Shown here: positions 1-13,164 of the stretch, piece after piece | How the letters are laid out: each line of letters opens with the position of its first letter | Position numbering within the stretch: position 1 is the first letter of the stretch | NCBI GenBank assembly: GCA_964234715.1 | Contig: OZ174276.1 | Direction: 5' to 3' (one strand) | Length of the DNA: 64,000 nt | From: Podarcis melisellensis | Lineage: Eukaryota | The notes under the pieces: model-generated | What the model saw: the letters and a program-made list of their open reading frames with translations, nothing else | Told to the model about the DNA's origin: nothing | Database searches by the model: none | Position numbers and translations under genes: made by a program

Positions 1-25
1 AGGAAAATTATAATGACCTGTTGTA

Positions 26-105
26 CAGGGTGAGTCCTTTAAAAGAGGCCCCATGAATACAGAATACACATGTTCCACGGAGCCTCTTTTAAAAGACTCA
101 CCCTG
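26..105. mobile_element. 80-bp Tc1/mariner-type MITE (palindromic)
   Basis: ~30-bp TIRs CAGGGTGAGTC(C/T)TTTAAAAGAGGC(C/T)CC; TA target duplication at 24-25 and 106-107. Confidence 0.85.
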
Positions 106-1172
106 TATGTATATGCTAGATAAAAAATTCAAGGCACTTTGTATGTGAGGCTGCTCCCACTTCTCTTCTTCGCTGGGAGGGAGGCCAACTTTTTGGATTA
201 TTTATTTCAGGAAAGGGCCTTTTCAGATGGAATTAATTTGTTTATCCCCATACTGTGTTGATCAGTCTGCCCTTACACCCATCAGTTGGAACTCAGTGCA
301 GTTATACTGTAACAATTGTTGTTAATGATCAATCTGCTTTCATCTGAACTTTGGCTTTGGTTGAAAGAGAGCCTCCCCCCCCCAAAGGCATGGCTGAATG
401 TCAGCTGAAAGTGAAGGTGTGAGATCAGTGCCATATGCAGGTCAGGTGCCGCCTGGCTAATTCTTGGACACTGCAGATTTAAGATATATGCAGTATTACT
501 CAAAGAGTGCTTATTTGTGAATATCTTGTGGGTTCTGTGCATGGACAGAGATACTACTTTCTTTTTTAATTTTTAAAAAACCTATTAGTTTCAAAACAAA
601 TGTTTTGTAAATACATTAACAGAAAAACAAACAAGGCATGGGGCAATGACAGTTGTTGATAACATTGCTGTACTACTATATAAAGGATCAGTGTGATTTA
701 GAGAGACCACTTTCCCCCTAAAGTATCTCAGACAGAATTAAGATATGGAGAAGGAAAGTAATACACAAAACATCAGAACAGAACCCATTATTCCCAAATC
801 CCTGCGCAGTCTCCTGATCAGTAGGAAAGCTTACTGTTTGATGTAGTCAAGTGGTAGTTCCTGTTACGTAGGTTAAAGATTGCTTGGCTACAAGTGAATG
901 CTTTGTGTTCCCGTCTCTGTTCACCAAAAGGTTTATTATAGACTGATTCATTTCCAAGATGGAATAGGATAGTTGCCAGGTGTGTAATTTATTGACATGG
1001 ATTGCATGCAAGTATTTAATTGCATCTAAGAGCTAAATGTGCTCCAGTGTTTGGGGAACCTGATGGTTAGTTCCAAATCATGCATGTTACTTATAGAGAT
1101 GTATATGTTGCACCAGGAAACACAGGAGGAGCCATCTGTATAACTCTTTCCTGGTGTTTTTCCTCCCACCAG

Positions 1173-1333
1173 AGCTCAAAGCCACCAGCACTGCCCATTT
1201 CTTCAATTTCCTGCTCAACTCAACCGATTATCGTATTCTACTGAAAGATGAAGATCATGACCGCATGTATGTGGGGAGCAAAGACTACATCCTCTCCCTG
1301 GATCTTCACGATATCAACCGGGAGCCCCTGATT
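1173..1333 (+). CDS. SEMA3F: SEMA3F coding exon (~exon 3), 161 nt
   Basis: cccaccag|AGCTCAAA...CTGATT|gtaagg; (E)LKATSTAHFFNFLLNSTDYRILLKDEDHDRMYVGSKDYILSLDLHDINREPLI. Confidence 0.96.
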
Positions 1334-1582
1334 GTAAGGGTTTTTCTCATTTTGTAGCAGGAGCAGACAAGGAACATCTGGGAGGCTTTGTGGGGTGGAG
1401 GGCTGCAAAATGACCAACTATTTCCATATGATGTGTATGGATTAGTAGAGTGGGTTCAGGGGCACATTTCTAATTTTGAGAGAATGCTATGGGTACCAGT
1501 CATAAAATGGCTGCTGCCAGGGGGAGTGGCTTGACACAACATTGGGAATACTGGGAATATTCCTACATATCAAAGCATCAAC

Positions 1583-1745
1583 TGTTGACCTGGGAGACCA
1601 GGGTTCAAATCACCACTCAGTCATAAAGTCCACTGGGCGATTTTGGGCCAGTCACTCAGACTAACCCTACCTCACAGGATTGCTGTGCGGATATAATGAT
1701 GAAGGGTAGAACTATGTATGCCACCTTGAGCTGCCTTGGGAAATA
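1583..1745 (+). mobile_element. Old tRNA-derived SINE (MIR/Squam2-like)
   Basis: B-box GGTTCAAATC, then ctaaccctacctcacaggattgctgtg core; similar copy at 53550-53740. Confidence 0.6.
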
Positions 1746-2902
1746 TTAGCAAGAAAAACAACAAGACAAGTCTCAAGGCAAGTGGGGAAAGTATGCCCTT
1801 TGCCACCACCTCCCCCACTCTAAATCAAATGCAAGGAACAGCAGGAAGACAGTCAATGAAGCAAGTGGGGATGGCATCCCGGTTGTCTTTTCTCTGCTTG
1901 CCCCCCAAAATGCCCTCCAGAGCTAGAAACAGGGTAGACAGACCCATCACTGATTCTCATGGAAGACATTAAATGCTCTTGCTATTTCTTTTTAGGGCAG
2001 ATCCAGGTGATTAGTCAAAGTGTACCCTGACTATATTTTGGTCTCACAAAATAATTAAAAGTTCTTACAGAACTGTTAGTTTTACAGAATAAACATTCTT
2101 CATTAGACATTTTAGTTGCTTGCTACCCAAAGGCCTCCAAGCAACTTATAACACCATGCTATGTAACACTATTTATGCAAGGTACAGCGGAAAGGCAAAA
2201 GTGTGATATGCAGAGTCCACATGTAATTGTTGGGTGGAAGTAGCCATGCTGCAGTGGGATAGCCTTGTGGGGGAGAATCATGGCCACTTCTATTTTCATC
2301 TCATGGGAGAAATACAGTTCAGTCCTGGAGAGGGGAAAGCACACAACACTCTTCAAATAACTTCTCTTTAGCAACAAATTAATAAAATGCAGAGACGTCG
2401 TCAGCATGAGCAGTGGGTTGTAGGGCTACATGAACATATCTGAGAGTGAGTGCTTAATTTCTAAAGAGCATTTTTATAAAGTTTTATTTATAAAAAGATT
2501 AAAATTAATCTTCTTAAAAGTAACAAGATGATGAAGGTGCAAAAGGAGTCACTATCACTGTTGTTGCTGCAAAGCAACAATCCACTAGGTGTCTGTGACA
2601 CTTCCACGCAGCATCTTGTGGGATGTTGTGGGAAATGTGATACTCCCTTCACCCAAAGTGTTACCTTTAGAAAACACACATGAACCTGACAAGTGAACGC
2701 TTGATGCCATACAAATTGATAATTTTGAAAGGTCCTTAGTGATCAGTGCTTTAATTAAAATCCACCTTCCCAGAAAACTTGATGGTTTGGGATTAGATTT
2801 AGGAGTGGGATAGATACATCCACCCCTTTTTAATATTTCTCTTAGCATGATTCTGTGGAGAATCATAATTAAAAGGCTGAAGGTTTTGTATTGTTTTGGC
2901 AG

Positions 2903-2965
2903 ATCCACTGGCCTGCGTCTCAACAAAGGATAGAAGAGTGCGTTCTTTCAGGGAAGAACAGTAAT
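2903..2965 (+). CDS. SEMA3F: SEMA3F exon ~4, 63 nt
   Basis: ttttggcag|ATCCAC...AGTAAT|gtaagt; IHWPASQQRIEECVLSGKNSN. Confidence 0.95.
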
Positions 2966-5048
2966 GTAAGTACTTCTTGTATGGTCTTCAGGTTTATAGA
3001 GGATGTGGGGAAAGAGTGGAGGCGAAGGAATGCTAGTAACGTGGTAGGATGATGAAAGCTGTCCTTCTGAAGCTTCCTTCCTCTCAAGATCTTTAAGACT
3101 GAAAGCCACCAAGCAGTGGCAATTTGTATTGCTCACACCACCTCAGGGATACCATGCTATGAGCAAATGATGATGCCCTATTGCCTATGACTGCCCTCCT
3201 CACTTCCTGTTTATTCCTATCTTTTCAGGTAATTGAGACACAATAACCCTGGTTCCTTGTGCTGCACATTCATGTACACAAGCTAAAGCCATGGTCATAA
3301 TTCCTTGAGCACCTGTACAAAAGTGGGTGTTTCAGAAACCCTAAAATACAACACAAGTTTTAGTATGTGATGAAGTGACAGTGCTCTGTTTGTAGTTGGA
3401 AAAGCTAAGATAGGAAAGACGGAATTAAATAGAAAGATTTTGAAGAAAATGACATCACCATTGTAAAACTTTGCTAGTTTCTGGAAGCTAAAGTGCAGTG
3501 CAGTTGGTGATGAAGTCATCTTTTGGTCACAGGGTTCTGCTTAGCACTGGAATTGAGTGCAGCTCTAAACTTGCACTTCCCAACCTCTGTTACAAGAGGA
3601 TATAATCATGGCCAAGTTAGCCAACTCTTGAGTTTGTGCAAGCTTTCTAAAGGCAAGGGCTGCTAACACTTCTATGGGTTTATGGAATATTGATGTATGG
3701 GACATGAAAGTGAAGATGCCTTGTCAGCAGTACTTTAAAGGAACTGGGGGTTTTGCCCAACCCCAGTTAAGTCTATCAGCAGTAACGTGTACTAAATTTC
3801 AGTAGGAGGAAGCAAGAGGTCAAAGGGTTACCAAGCTGTTTCCTACAAGGCACAGTCAGCCTTTGGCCAGCTGACCTTGAACTCTGTCCTCTTGGGATTT
3901 CTCTGCTGCTACTGTTTGGGGCTCAGTCTTACAGCAGCTAAGCTGGCTTAGTAAAGGAAACTGTTTGCTTGCATTTTTCCCATCCTACTGAACTCTGTTA
4001 TCATGGCCCCAACCCAGTACTGTTTTGATTTGCGTAACTGGAGGTTTGAGGCAAAGAGGAAACATGAGATGTGAGAAGGAAACTGGACTCTACAGTCAGA
4101 CACCCTGCATGGAGCTCCATGCCTAGTCTAGAATCCAGTTGGTAAATGAACTCAGGCCTTGACAACACAGGCCTGCATACATTATGGGAATTGCTCTTCT
4201 TGCCCTCTGGGCCTCACTGCTATCATTTACCTATTAGATTTTCAGTCCACCCTTCTGTAGCCAATCAGTTCTTAGTACCTCTTAATGAGTGGGAATCTAA
4301 AGGCTGACCTTAATATATTTTCTTTCCTGGCATAGATAAGTCCAGAGATTCCCCTTCTGCTTAGTTGGTTATGCTTTGGTTATTCAGGGCACTATTTTCT
4401 GGCTTTTGAAAACAAGCAGGAATGGGTTGGGAGTCCAGGATTTGCCACCCTGACACCAAGATATATTATTGCAATCTTACAGTTATTCTTTTCTCAGTTT
4501 TCAGAAAAATTGGCTGTGAGTTGGGAGTTCTGAGCGGCACCATTTATAATCTGCTTCAGCTACAGATGTTGCAGTGTAAGATGTGAGCAAGGAATGTTTG
4601 CTCCGGAAGGGGGTTTAGTTCAAAACTCTTCCAACAGGAACATGACTTAAAAGGAGTGCAGGAAAATTGTCTCTGAAGTGCATCCAAAACTCATTGCTGG
4701 AAAAGGTGTTGGAGGGGTGGATCCAAAAGGTTTATTTGTGGATTTTCAAAGTGCGCCAGACCTAGCTTGCCTCAATTTTAACTGGAAGCAAATGTTGTTG
4801 AAGAGGACCATTTGATACACAGACCATTCAATGTGGTCTGATTTTGTGACTTACTGGGTGTTCAGGGAGCTTTCATTTAATGCTGAAGCAATTACCTGAT
4901 TGCTTCAAAGTATGTGTAAATCACTGCTTAGGCCATGCTGAAAAGAGGATGGAATTGCTCCATTTACCATAGACTGACTAATCTCCTTAAAGTAGACACA
5001 ATTTCATAGGAGGCTGAGACTAACTTGCCATCTCTCTTTGTTTTCCAG

Positions 5049-5168
5049 GGCGAGTGTGGGAATTTCATCCGCCTTATCCAGCCCTGGAATCGAACCCACT
5101 TGTATGTTTGTGGCACTGGAGCATACAATCCTGTCTGCACCTTTGTCAATCGAGGCCGTAAAGCACAG
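5049..5168 (+). CDS. SEMA3F: SEMA3F exon ~5, 120 nt
   Basis: ttttccag|GGCGAG...GCACAG|gtgagg; [40 protein letters not shown]. Confidence 0.96.
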
Positions 5169-6831
5169 GTGAGGTACTGAAGGAGCATATGGCTGGGACT
5201 GCAGCCAGATCAGTGCTGGAGAAGCATATGGGCTTGCTCTTAGACCATGCTAGGAAAGCAGCCTCTGGCAACATTCAACAAGCAATAAGGGATTGAGCTT
5301 CGAGTCTTGGGTAATGAGATGTGGAATCTTCTCAACTGTCTTATGTTTTTATGTTTGTTCAGCCCATTCATATCCCACTTCTCATGAAAGGGAGCCAAAG
5401 GCTGCATACATGAATCCCCCACCCCCCACCCCCACCTTTATGTGGCTCTCATTTATCATCCCAACAATTCTGAAAGGTAAGTTAGGCTCTTGCCAGCCCC
5501 ATCAGCAGACGTCCTGCACAAGGAATTCCACTTTGCACAACAGGGCTTTACACACACACACACACACATTCTGACAAGGAGATGGAGCTCCAGGTTTTGA
5601 AAAAGGTAATGGGGACAGTGAAAATATCAAAATAAAACATGTAGACATAGTGTTTCCTAAAAACTAATAATAATAGGGTAGGAAGAGATGAGGTGTTGGG
5701 ATCATATAAAAAGTAATTTGTAACTAGGTCACAAGAAGCATACTGTGTTATTACTTAAATGTATTGTTTAAACGTCTGATATTATCAGTAATTTTAATAT
5801 ATATATTATGGAAACCACTTAGAGGTTTTGATGATTAAGCATTATTTAAATCACATTAAATACATAAAGCCTAATCCTAGTAATCCCCCACTGTGCAGAA
5901 TGAGACTTTCTCCTGAGTAAATGTATAGAATTGTAGCCTTAATTTGTGATAACCATTATGTCATGCAAGACCCTCCATGTCACATAAAATTTGTCAGACT
6001 TTAACGGGTTCTCTAACTTGGAAGTATGCCATATTTCACTGAACCATTTCCAAATTTATGGAATCTTATCTGATTTTTATTTACTGGTAACCAGATTTTT
6101 GGCTGTCATTAACATGTTCCCAGTTAGCTAATAATTGCACTTGTTTACGGAATCTTTCAATACAGACAAGTAAAATAACCTCTGGTTTTAATGGAATTGT
6201 TTATCATAGTCATTTCCACCCAGTATGCCTTGGGGGACGCACACAAAAGATGTGTGAAATCAGCCTTATTGTTACAACACCTCTAACATTGTGTGTTCCT
6301 TATATTATATTTGCTTAAACTGTCTAGTGTTAGCATCAAATCTTTAAAATAATACAAGGAGAATCTGCTTGCATAGGTGTGAATATATTTTCCACATTTA
6401 TTTTATTTTCTGACAACAACTTAAAAATAGGAAAACCAATTGAAAACCACTTTAGTAAATGCTCTTCTTACAGTATCTTGTTTAGCAGGAGTAGCTAAAC
6501 CTCATTTTAGGGTCTTATCTAGCCCCCAAATTGATTTCTGCCTTACCAACCCCAACCCCATCCTACTAATTTTAGCAGCAGAGGCAATATGTTTTTGGGA
6601 GCGAATGCATAGTTGTCCATAAAGTCAAACCCAACAAGCAGATACACATTCAGACTAAATACAGGTCATAAATATTTGACGAGGGGATTTTGATCTCCGT
6701 AGAAATATGTGTGTATATTTGAGAGAAACCAAAGACTTCTGCATGCTGCATTCTCTGGCCATACCCTGCCATTCCTGCTTCTCTGGCAGGTCACCCTGCC
6801 AGCGCTAACTCTCTGCTCCTCCTCTCCTCAG

Positions 6832-6921
6832 GCTTTTGAGCTGAACCAGTCCATCCAGCAGGGAGGACGGGGAAGTAGAGCAGTTGACTCCTCCCTCCAC
6901 CCGTCTCCAGTGGAACGCAAG
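6832..6921 (+). CDS. SEMA3F: SEMA3F alternatively spliced cassette exon ~6, 90 nt (30-aa Sema-domain insert)
   Basis: ctaac...ctcctcag|GCTTTT...CGCAAG|gtggga; phase 0/0; AFELNQSIQQGGRGSRAVDSSLHPSPVERK shares the GRGSRA core with the mammalian 31-aa insert (from memory). Confidence 0.85.
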
Positions 6922-9900
6922 GTGGGAATCGCGCTCTGCCCTGCCATGCTCTTCCCCAAGGACACAACTGGCTCCTTTCTTAGCATGCCTGAGCCTGGGC
7001 ACTCTAACTTTCATTTTCAACTGGCATGTACCTAACAACTAACTAACAAGGGAAGGGGGCCAGACCTATGGGAATAGGACTGGCCCTTAAATTCACCCCC
7101 CTTCCCATCTAGCAATGAGCGCGCTTCCTGTACCGCCTCTCCTTGCGTCTCCTCACTTGAACTAACTCCTTCTTCCCCAGGCTCGCACAAGGTTTGTGCC
7201 AGGAAAGAACACTCTCAGGATGTTTGACCTTACTACATATAGTATAGAACCATGTCCTTGACTGTTTGAAATTGAGACAAATGGGCTTGCTGTTTCAAGC
7301 AAAGGTTTGCTTGATGTGAGGTGGCATGAATAACTAGATTGGAGTAATCAAGGTTGTGATGACTGTGGGAGCAGGGGGAGGGGTGGGCCTATTGTATATG
7401 CTTAGTTGTTGTGAGGAGTGTGGACTTCATTAATGATTACATACAGTTTTTGTAAGTATGTTTGCTGAGAAATCATGTAAAATAAGAAAATGATGAGAAA
7501 ATGTGTTTTACTTGTGTATCGGATGTAATGTATGCTTCTTCTACTGATTATTGCAAGTCATAGCCAATGCAGGAAGCCATCCCATTAATTTCCTTTCCAG
7601 TTTTCTCATTGTTGTCATTTAATTGATAAGGATGACCGTTAGTTGGGAGGAGATTATGAGATTTCCATTAGACTCTATTAATAGAAACTTTGTGGGCATG
7701 GTCCTACAATTGGCTAAAGACTTTGGTGTGGGAATGAACTATTTCAGTTGCTCATCTCGTATGGTTTCCCTCTAAGAAACATTATCAAAGCAGCATGGAA
7801 TCCAGCCATATGGCAATTCCTACATTGCTCTGTGAACATAGGAATTGGTCCTAATTAACAGAACCCTTTTTATGTCAGATAGTATTAAGGATGGTATGTT
7901 TCCCCATTTACAGGGTAGTGCTGAATAATTAGATTGATTGAGAGGTTGAGCTCCTAATGTGGATTTGTATGGAACTAAAGCCTCCTTTCACTCAGCAGTA
8001 GGTACTCTCCCATGTGTGTTCAAGATGGTGCACAAAAAAAGAAGACAGGAAATGCTATATGCTATTCTTGTCAAGGCTGAATAGTCTTGGTTGGAGTGTT
8101 TGAAACTTTCACAAGAAAACAACTGAACCTAATCTTGAGAATTTTAACTTTCCTTAAGGTTTTGGTGTTGCTTGATTGTAAATTGGAGAATCAGCCTAAA
8201 ATGTAGTGCTCTGATTTCTTAGCATTTTCTTCCTTCTGTTGGATTCTCTAGTTTTGATAATGCCTTGTCTTACCCCTGGAGTCATCCTGGTAGCTGTTTT
8301 CATCTAAATCTGTAGGGCCTTATTCTGTGCTGCTGAGCTGTGGTGGGGTCATTGTCAAAGACATCATCATCATCGTCGTTATTATTATTACACAGTGTAT
8401 AAGTAACATTGGGTTTTCTTTTTCTCTTTTCTTTACTGAATGTTCCATTTTACACTTCAAAACAGAAAACTCACAAGTGGCACAATCACTTTTGCATTTT
8501 CCACAAGAAGCACATTTCCCCCCGGTGCTGAACAATGGCATTTGACACCAAAGCAGTCTGCCCACATAAGCCCAAAGCTCTAAATAAAAAGGAAATGCAA
8601 CTCCTAAGCAAAATCATCTTTCCAGAAAGAATGCATGTCTATGGGTTTCCTAAACGGGTTGGCACTCAACACTGCTTGTGGGAAGATGTGCCACACACAC
8701 ACCCCATTCTCAGTTTCTATACAGAGACTGAAAGTCTTCCGTTCCAGTTTTTTTATTATTTATTGCATGTATTAGTAGGAAAAGAAGTTCTCAAGCTAAC
8801 TTAACAGCATGGTATGACATGTTCCTCTAAGGGCAACACCTTAAACTACAACTAGGTGCAATTATCTGTAGGTATAACTGCTTAGTAGCCTGCATCTGCT
8901 GTCTGCAGGATTTAGTAGAACTATAGTTTTGTGTGTCAACACTTGGTCTCATTCAAAAGCCAGCTTTCATTTTTCTGCTCTTTGTAGCTTGAATCTCCAG
9001 CTTCTACTTGATGTGCTTTTTATATTATCACTGATTGCTATTAGCCAGTTAAAATGCATTGCACAATGTCAAGAGCCATCCTACTTTCCTCACTCCCTTG
9101 GGCATTGTCACCATGTGTTTGACATACATTAGAAAGAGGAAGCAAGTCTTCACTGATATCCTGCCACTGTTGACCTCCCAAGCTGTTAGCACAAGGAGGT
9201 GGGGAAGAGAGTGGGATGTATCAGATGATGAGAAGTTGCAAAGGGAATGGAGTAGAAAACACACTTGTCACATCCTACTGCAGTCTGGAACCCTTCAAGC
9301 CCCCTTTTCTATCTTTTCGTAAATTGCAGATCCCAACTACCACCTGTGGATGGAACCTATAACGGCACCAAATAATACAATTTGTGACATTCCCATTAGC
9401 ACAACTCTTGTAAACTGTGTTGTGTTTAAACTTCAAACAGCTGTTTTATCCCAAACATATCAGTCCTGTTCCATTTATTTGTATACCATGTAAAGAAACT
9501 GCATTTGCACTTGTCTCCAGTCAAGTGGACTTCTATGGACAGGTGTCCCTATCCCCACTTTAATAAAGAATCCTTGCAACATTTAGTGCTCTTTTCAAAG
9601 TCATCCGTGAAATCCCAAGAGTGCCACAGGCTTTAGCAAAATAACCAGGAGTCTCAAATTATGAATCAGAGACAGAGGTGCAGACAAAGTTAGCTCAGCT
9701 CAGGTTCCAGATACAAACACAGGAGGCTCATAATGCCCACCTAAATGCATAGTGGGGAAAGTACTTATTAACTGTAAGATATATGCAGGATCAAATCATT
9801 TGGTGAGAATAAAAAATAAATTTAGAGCTGAGACAAATTGAAAGGAATTGCAAAATAAGAGGGTGCTTGTGTGGCATTAAAAAGTCATCAGGTTTGATGC

Positions 9901-10980
9901 ACCACCACATCAATGCCCTTTCCTCCACAGCTACCTGCTGCACCTCAGTTGACTAGAATTGAGCCCTGGCTAAGGGCGTAGAGGCTGGGTAGGCTTATGT
10001 GGAGGGAGGGGGTTATTTTGGGACCCTGGTCCCAAGCCAGTTAGACCCCTGCACTTTCTTACAAAAGCCTGTCATTATTCAAGCGTCTGTATCTAGTGAG
10101 AACTCTTTGGATATGTGTCTGTGCTGGCATTAGCTGGTATTTCTGGCCCCCACGAAGCTGTATGCTGGGACCACAAATTCCCTATGCTCATATTCATGTC
10201 CGTTCTTTTATCTCATTCACTCATCCCAACTCTAGTTCCTTAAGCTGCTGACTCAGCCCATTCTGCTAAAAGTAGCTGACTTTAGCCATTCCTCAGGTGA
10301 AAGATGAACTACAGAAAGGGGTTTATTCTGTCCAATCCAATCCATCTTGAAGACAGCATCAGCATCATTTACCAAAGATCAATAGGGTGAATGCTGTCAA
10401 AAGAATGAACTCAATAATAGTCTGAGTTTAAAATATTTGAACCGTGTATCTCACACTCCCTATCTTTTCAGTCCTTACACCACCCCATTCTTAAAACACA
10501 AAGCCTTTAAACTGCTCTGCTTTCCATTCGTTGGATGGAGGGGGAGAGCCCTGAAAAGTTCTCACATTTTTGTAGGAAAGATCTGTTAATAAATAGCCAC
10601 AATTCTAGAACAGTAGCTGCACAATGGCCAATTGGACCCTATTCAACAAAGGAAGATGTTTAGCTTAGAAAAACAAGGGACAGTATCAGTAGTAAATATT
10701 TTTCATGGCCAATACAGATATAATAAAATATTTTAACAGACTTTTGTTTTCTTTAAAAACATGCTGAAGTCATTTTTGTGACATTTTAATAAAAACATTT
10801 TGGGTAAAATTATATGAACACATATGTATACTTCCCAATAAATCAATAATATAAAAATAAGTATGCTCCAGCTAAAATTTACATCTCATTTAACAGAAGC
10901 TATTTAACAGTTCATGCCAATGTTTGTCTACTCAGAAGTATTTCCAACTGAGGGTACTTTCAGTTGGGTGTTTATTGTGG

Positions 10981-11007
10981 GATTATTGATTGATTGATTG
11001 ATTGATT
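10981..11007. repeat. (GATT)n microsatellite
   Basis: gattattgattgattgattgattgatt. Confidence 0.9.
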
Positions 11008-12918
11008 GCCACATTCACATAACATTGTTGGCATCAAAATGTTAGCCCACATCCTCCTCACTCCAAATTAATCTGCATAGACCCTTTCTAGAGGAAATCT
11101 GATATATACCACCTGTTGCCAACAATCTTGTTTGCAATAGCGCAATGACCTGTTTTCATATTAAACTCCTGTCTGGAAGCAGGGCACCTAAGCCACTCCC
11201 ATTGAAATAAATGGGAATTAAAAGCAGTGCCAGATTAAACCCTGTGGAGGCCCCTAGGCAGTCAAAATCCTGTCCTTCCCCTTGTGCACGCACTCTAATG
11301 GGATAATATTGAACTAAGAAAACTTGATTGTAATTTTCTTTCAGATCAAATCAATATTATTTTGATCCGTTGTTTCAGGGCCTCTAAAATGCACGAGGCC
11401 CAGAGGTCAGTGCCTACTCTCCGCCTATTTGGTAACCTGGTACTATTTAATAGTGCTTAACATTGGCAGATTAGGTTTAATGTTTTTATCAAACCACAAG
11501 AGGAAACCTCTTAAACCTTTTCACGGCATTTTCCTTTAATTTCTAAATGGCTTCCAGCCCACTAAAGCAGTGATTTCCAAACATTTCATTAAAAAGATCC
11601 ACTTGTGGGATTTCTTTCCCAAATGTTGATTCTACCACCCTGGCTTGGCAGTCTCTTCTCCACTGCTCCTTCTGCCGCATTGGCACCTACAAGCATTGCC
11701 AGCATCCTAGCAACCCTCTTATAAGGCCAGAAGTGGATCCCAGTGTACCGCTTGTGAGTCACTGGAGTAATGAGTCATTAGTTTCATGATAGGAGGGATT
11801 TAAATGGCATTCACTCACTCTGCATTTCTCAGCAATATTTAATGCCTGCATCCTATCTGCTCTGCTTATAGCTGTTGGTTGTCCTCTAGGGGGTGGGGGG
11901 AAATGTGACATCCATGATTTATTGTTGTTTCATACTCAGAAGAGGTTGTAGCACATGGTGTCTGAAGGCAATCTGAAGTTCATCAGTACCTAGGTACTAC
12001 TTAGTAATAGTATATGGTAACTTGACACTTATCTGTAGTGTTCACATATTACAGCACACGGTTGTTTCACTTCACCCAGTGGTCATACCCAGTGGAAAAA
12101 GTCTGAAAATGTAATGTTGTGTACAAACATTGCAGGGAAAACGATGAATCTTTGGCTAGAATGTTACATCCAGTGTTTCTTGAGATGGAGAGGTCCAGAA
12201 GTATGAATTTTGGGAATGGCTTTGTAAAGTAGTACCATGTGGATAAAGATGGTGGGATACACTATTTTTATATTAATGTGGTTTTTTTTTCATTTACAGA
12301 ACAGGTTTCTTTAGGAGGAGAAATGTTACTTCTGCAACTTTAAAATGGGACACATATTTGGGAGGTGTACAAAAGAGTTAGAAAGTGAATGTTCCTGTAA
12401 ATTGGTCAATGCAGTAACTTTAGAGAGTGGCTCTGCTGCCACATTTCTTAGGGTTGACTTGAAATTGATATAAAACTTGTAAGAGTAGCATGTATACAGT
12501 ACTGCAGTTGCTAGGGTGATGTTTGCTCCAGCTTTCTACATGGCTTGGTGGTGATTTTTCTCCATGCCTCCACAGGGTCTCTGAACAAAATAAAGTCTGT
12601 AGTGGCATGGAAAAATAGCTTTGCATGGTGAGGTAATAAACTCACCAGTGAGTCAGCCACCATTGAAAAATGATTTAAAGCAGCTTCCATGGGGTAGACA
12701 TATTACATGCCAGGATTTCTTACATTCCACTTCTTGTAACCTTGTTGGACGAAAATTCCACTCCAGAGAGATGCGGTTTGGACAGTGTGATTCACATATT
12801 CGGCATCTTGTGTTCCATGTACTTTTAGATGCCCTCTGATTAAAAAGACTTGTGAAGGCCTAAGGTAATAATGTGTGGTAAAGCAAATCATTGATCTACC
12901 TGTTGCCTTACTTTCCAG

Positions 12919-13012
12919 GACTACATATTCTACCTGGAACCAGAGAAGCTTGAGTCAGGAAAAGGAAAATGCTCGTATGACCCAAAGGTGGACACCGTAT
13001 CAGCATTAATAA
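12919..13012 (+). CDS. SEMA3F: SEMA3F exon ~7, 94 nt
   Basis: ctttccag|GACTAC...TTAATAA|gtgagt; DYIFYLEPEKLESGKGKCSYDPKVDTVSALI(N). Confidence 0.96.
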
Positions 13013-13057
13013 GTGAGTTCCATGGTTGTGCAACATGTCATTCTATAGGCATGCGAT

Positions 13058-13164
13058 TGTAGAATTGGAAGGAACCCCCAGGGCCATCTAGTCCAACCTC
13101 CTGCAATGCAGGAATCTCAACTAAGCATCCATGACAGATGGTCATCCAGCCTCTGTTGAGAAAT
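13058..13164 (-). mobile_element. CR1-type LINE 3' end fragment
   Basis: tagaattggaaggaacccccagggccatctagtccaacctcctgcaatgcagg; homologous to 35218-35371 and to the tail of the SINE at 54661. Confidence 0.7.
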
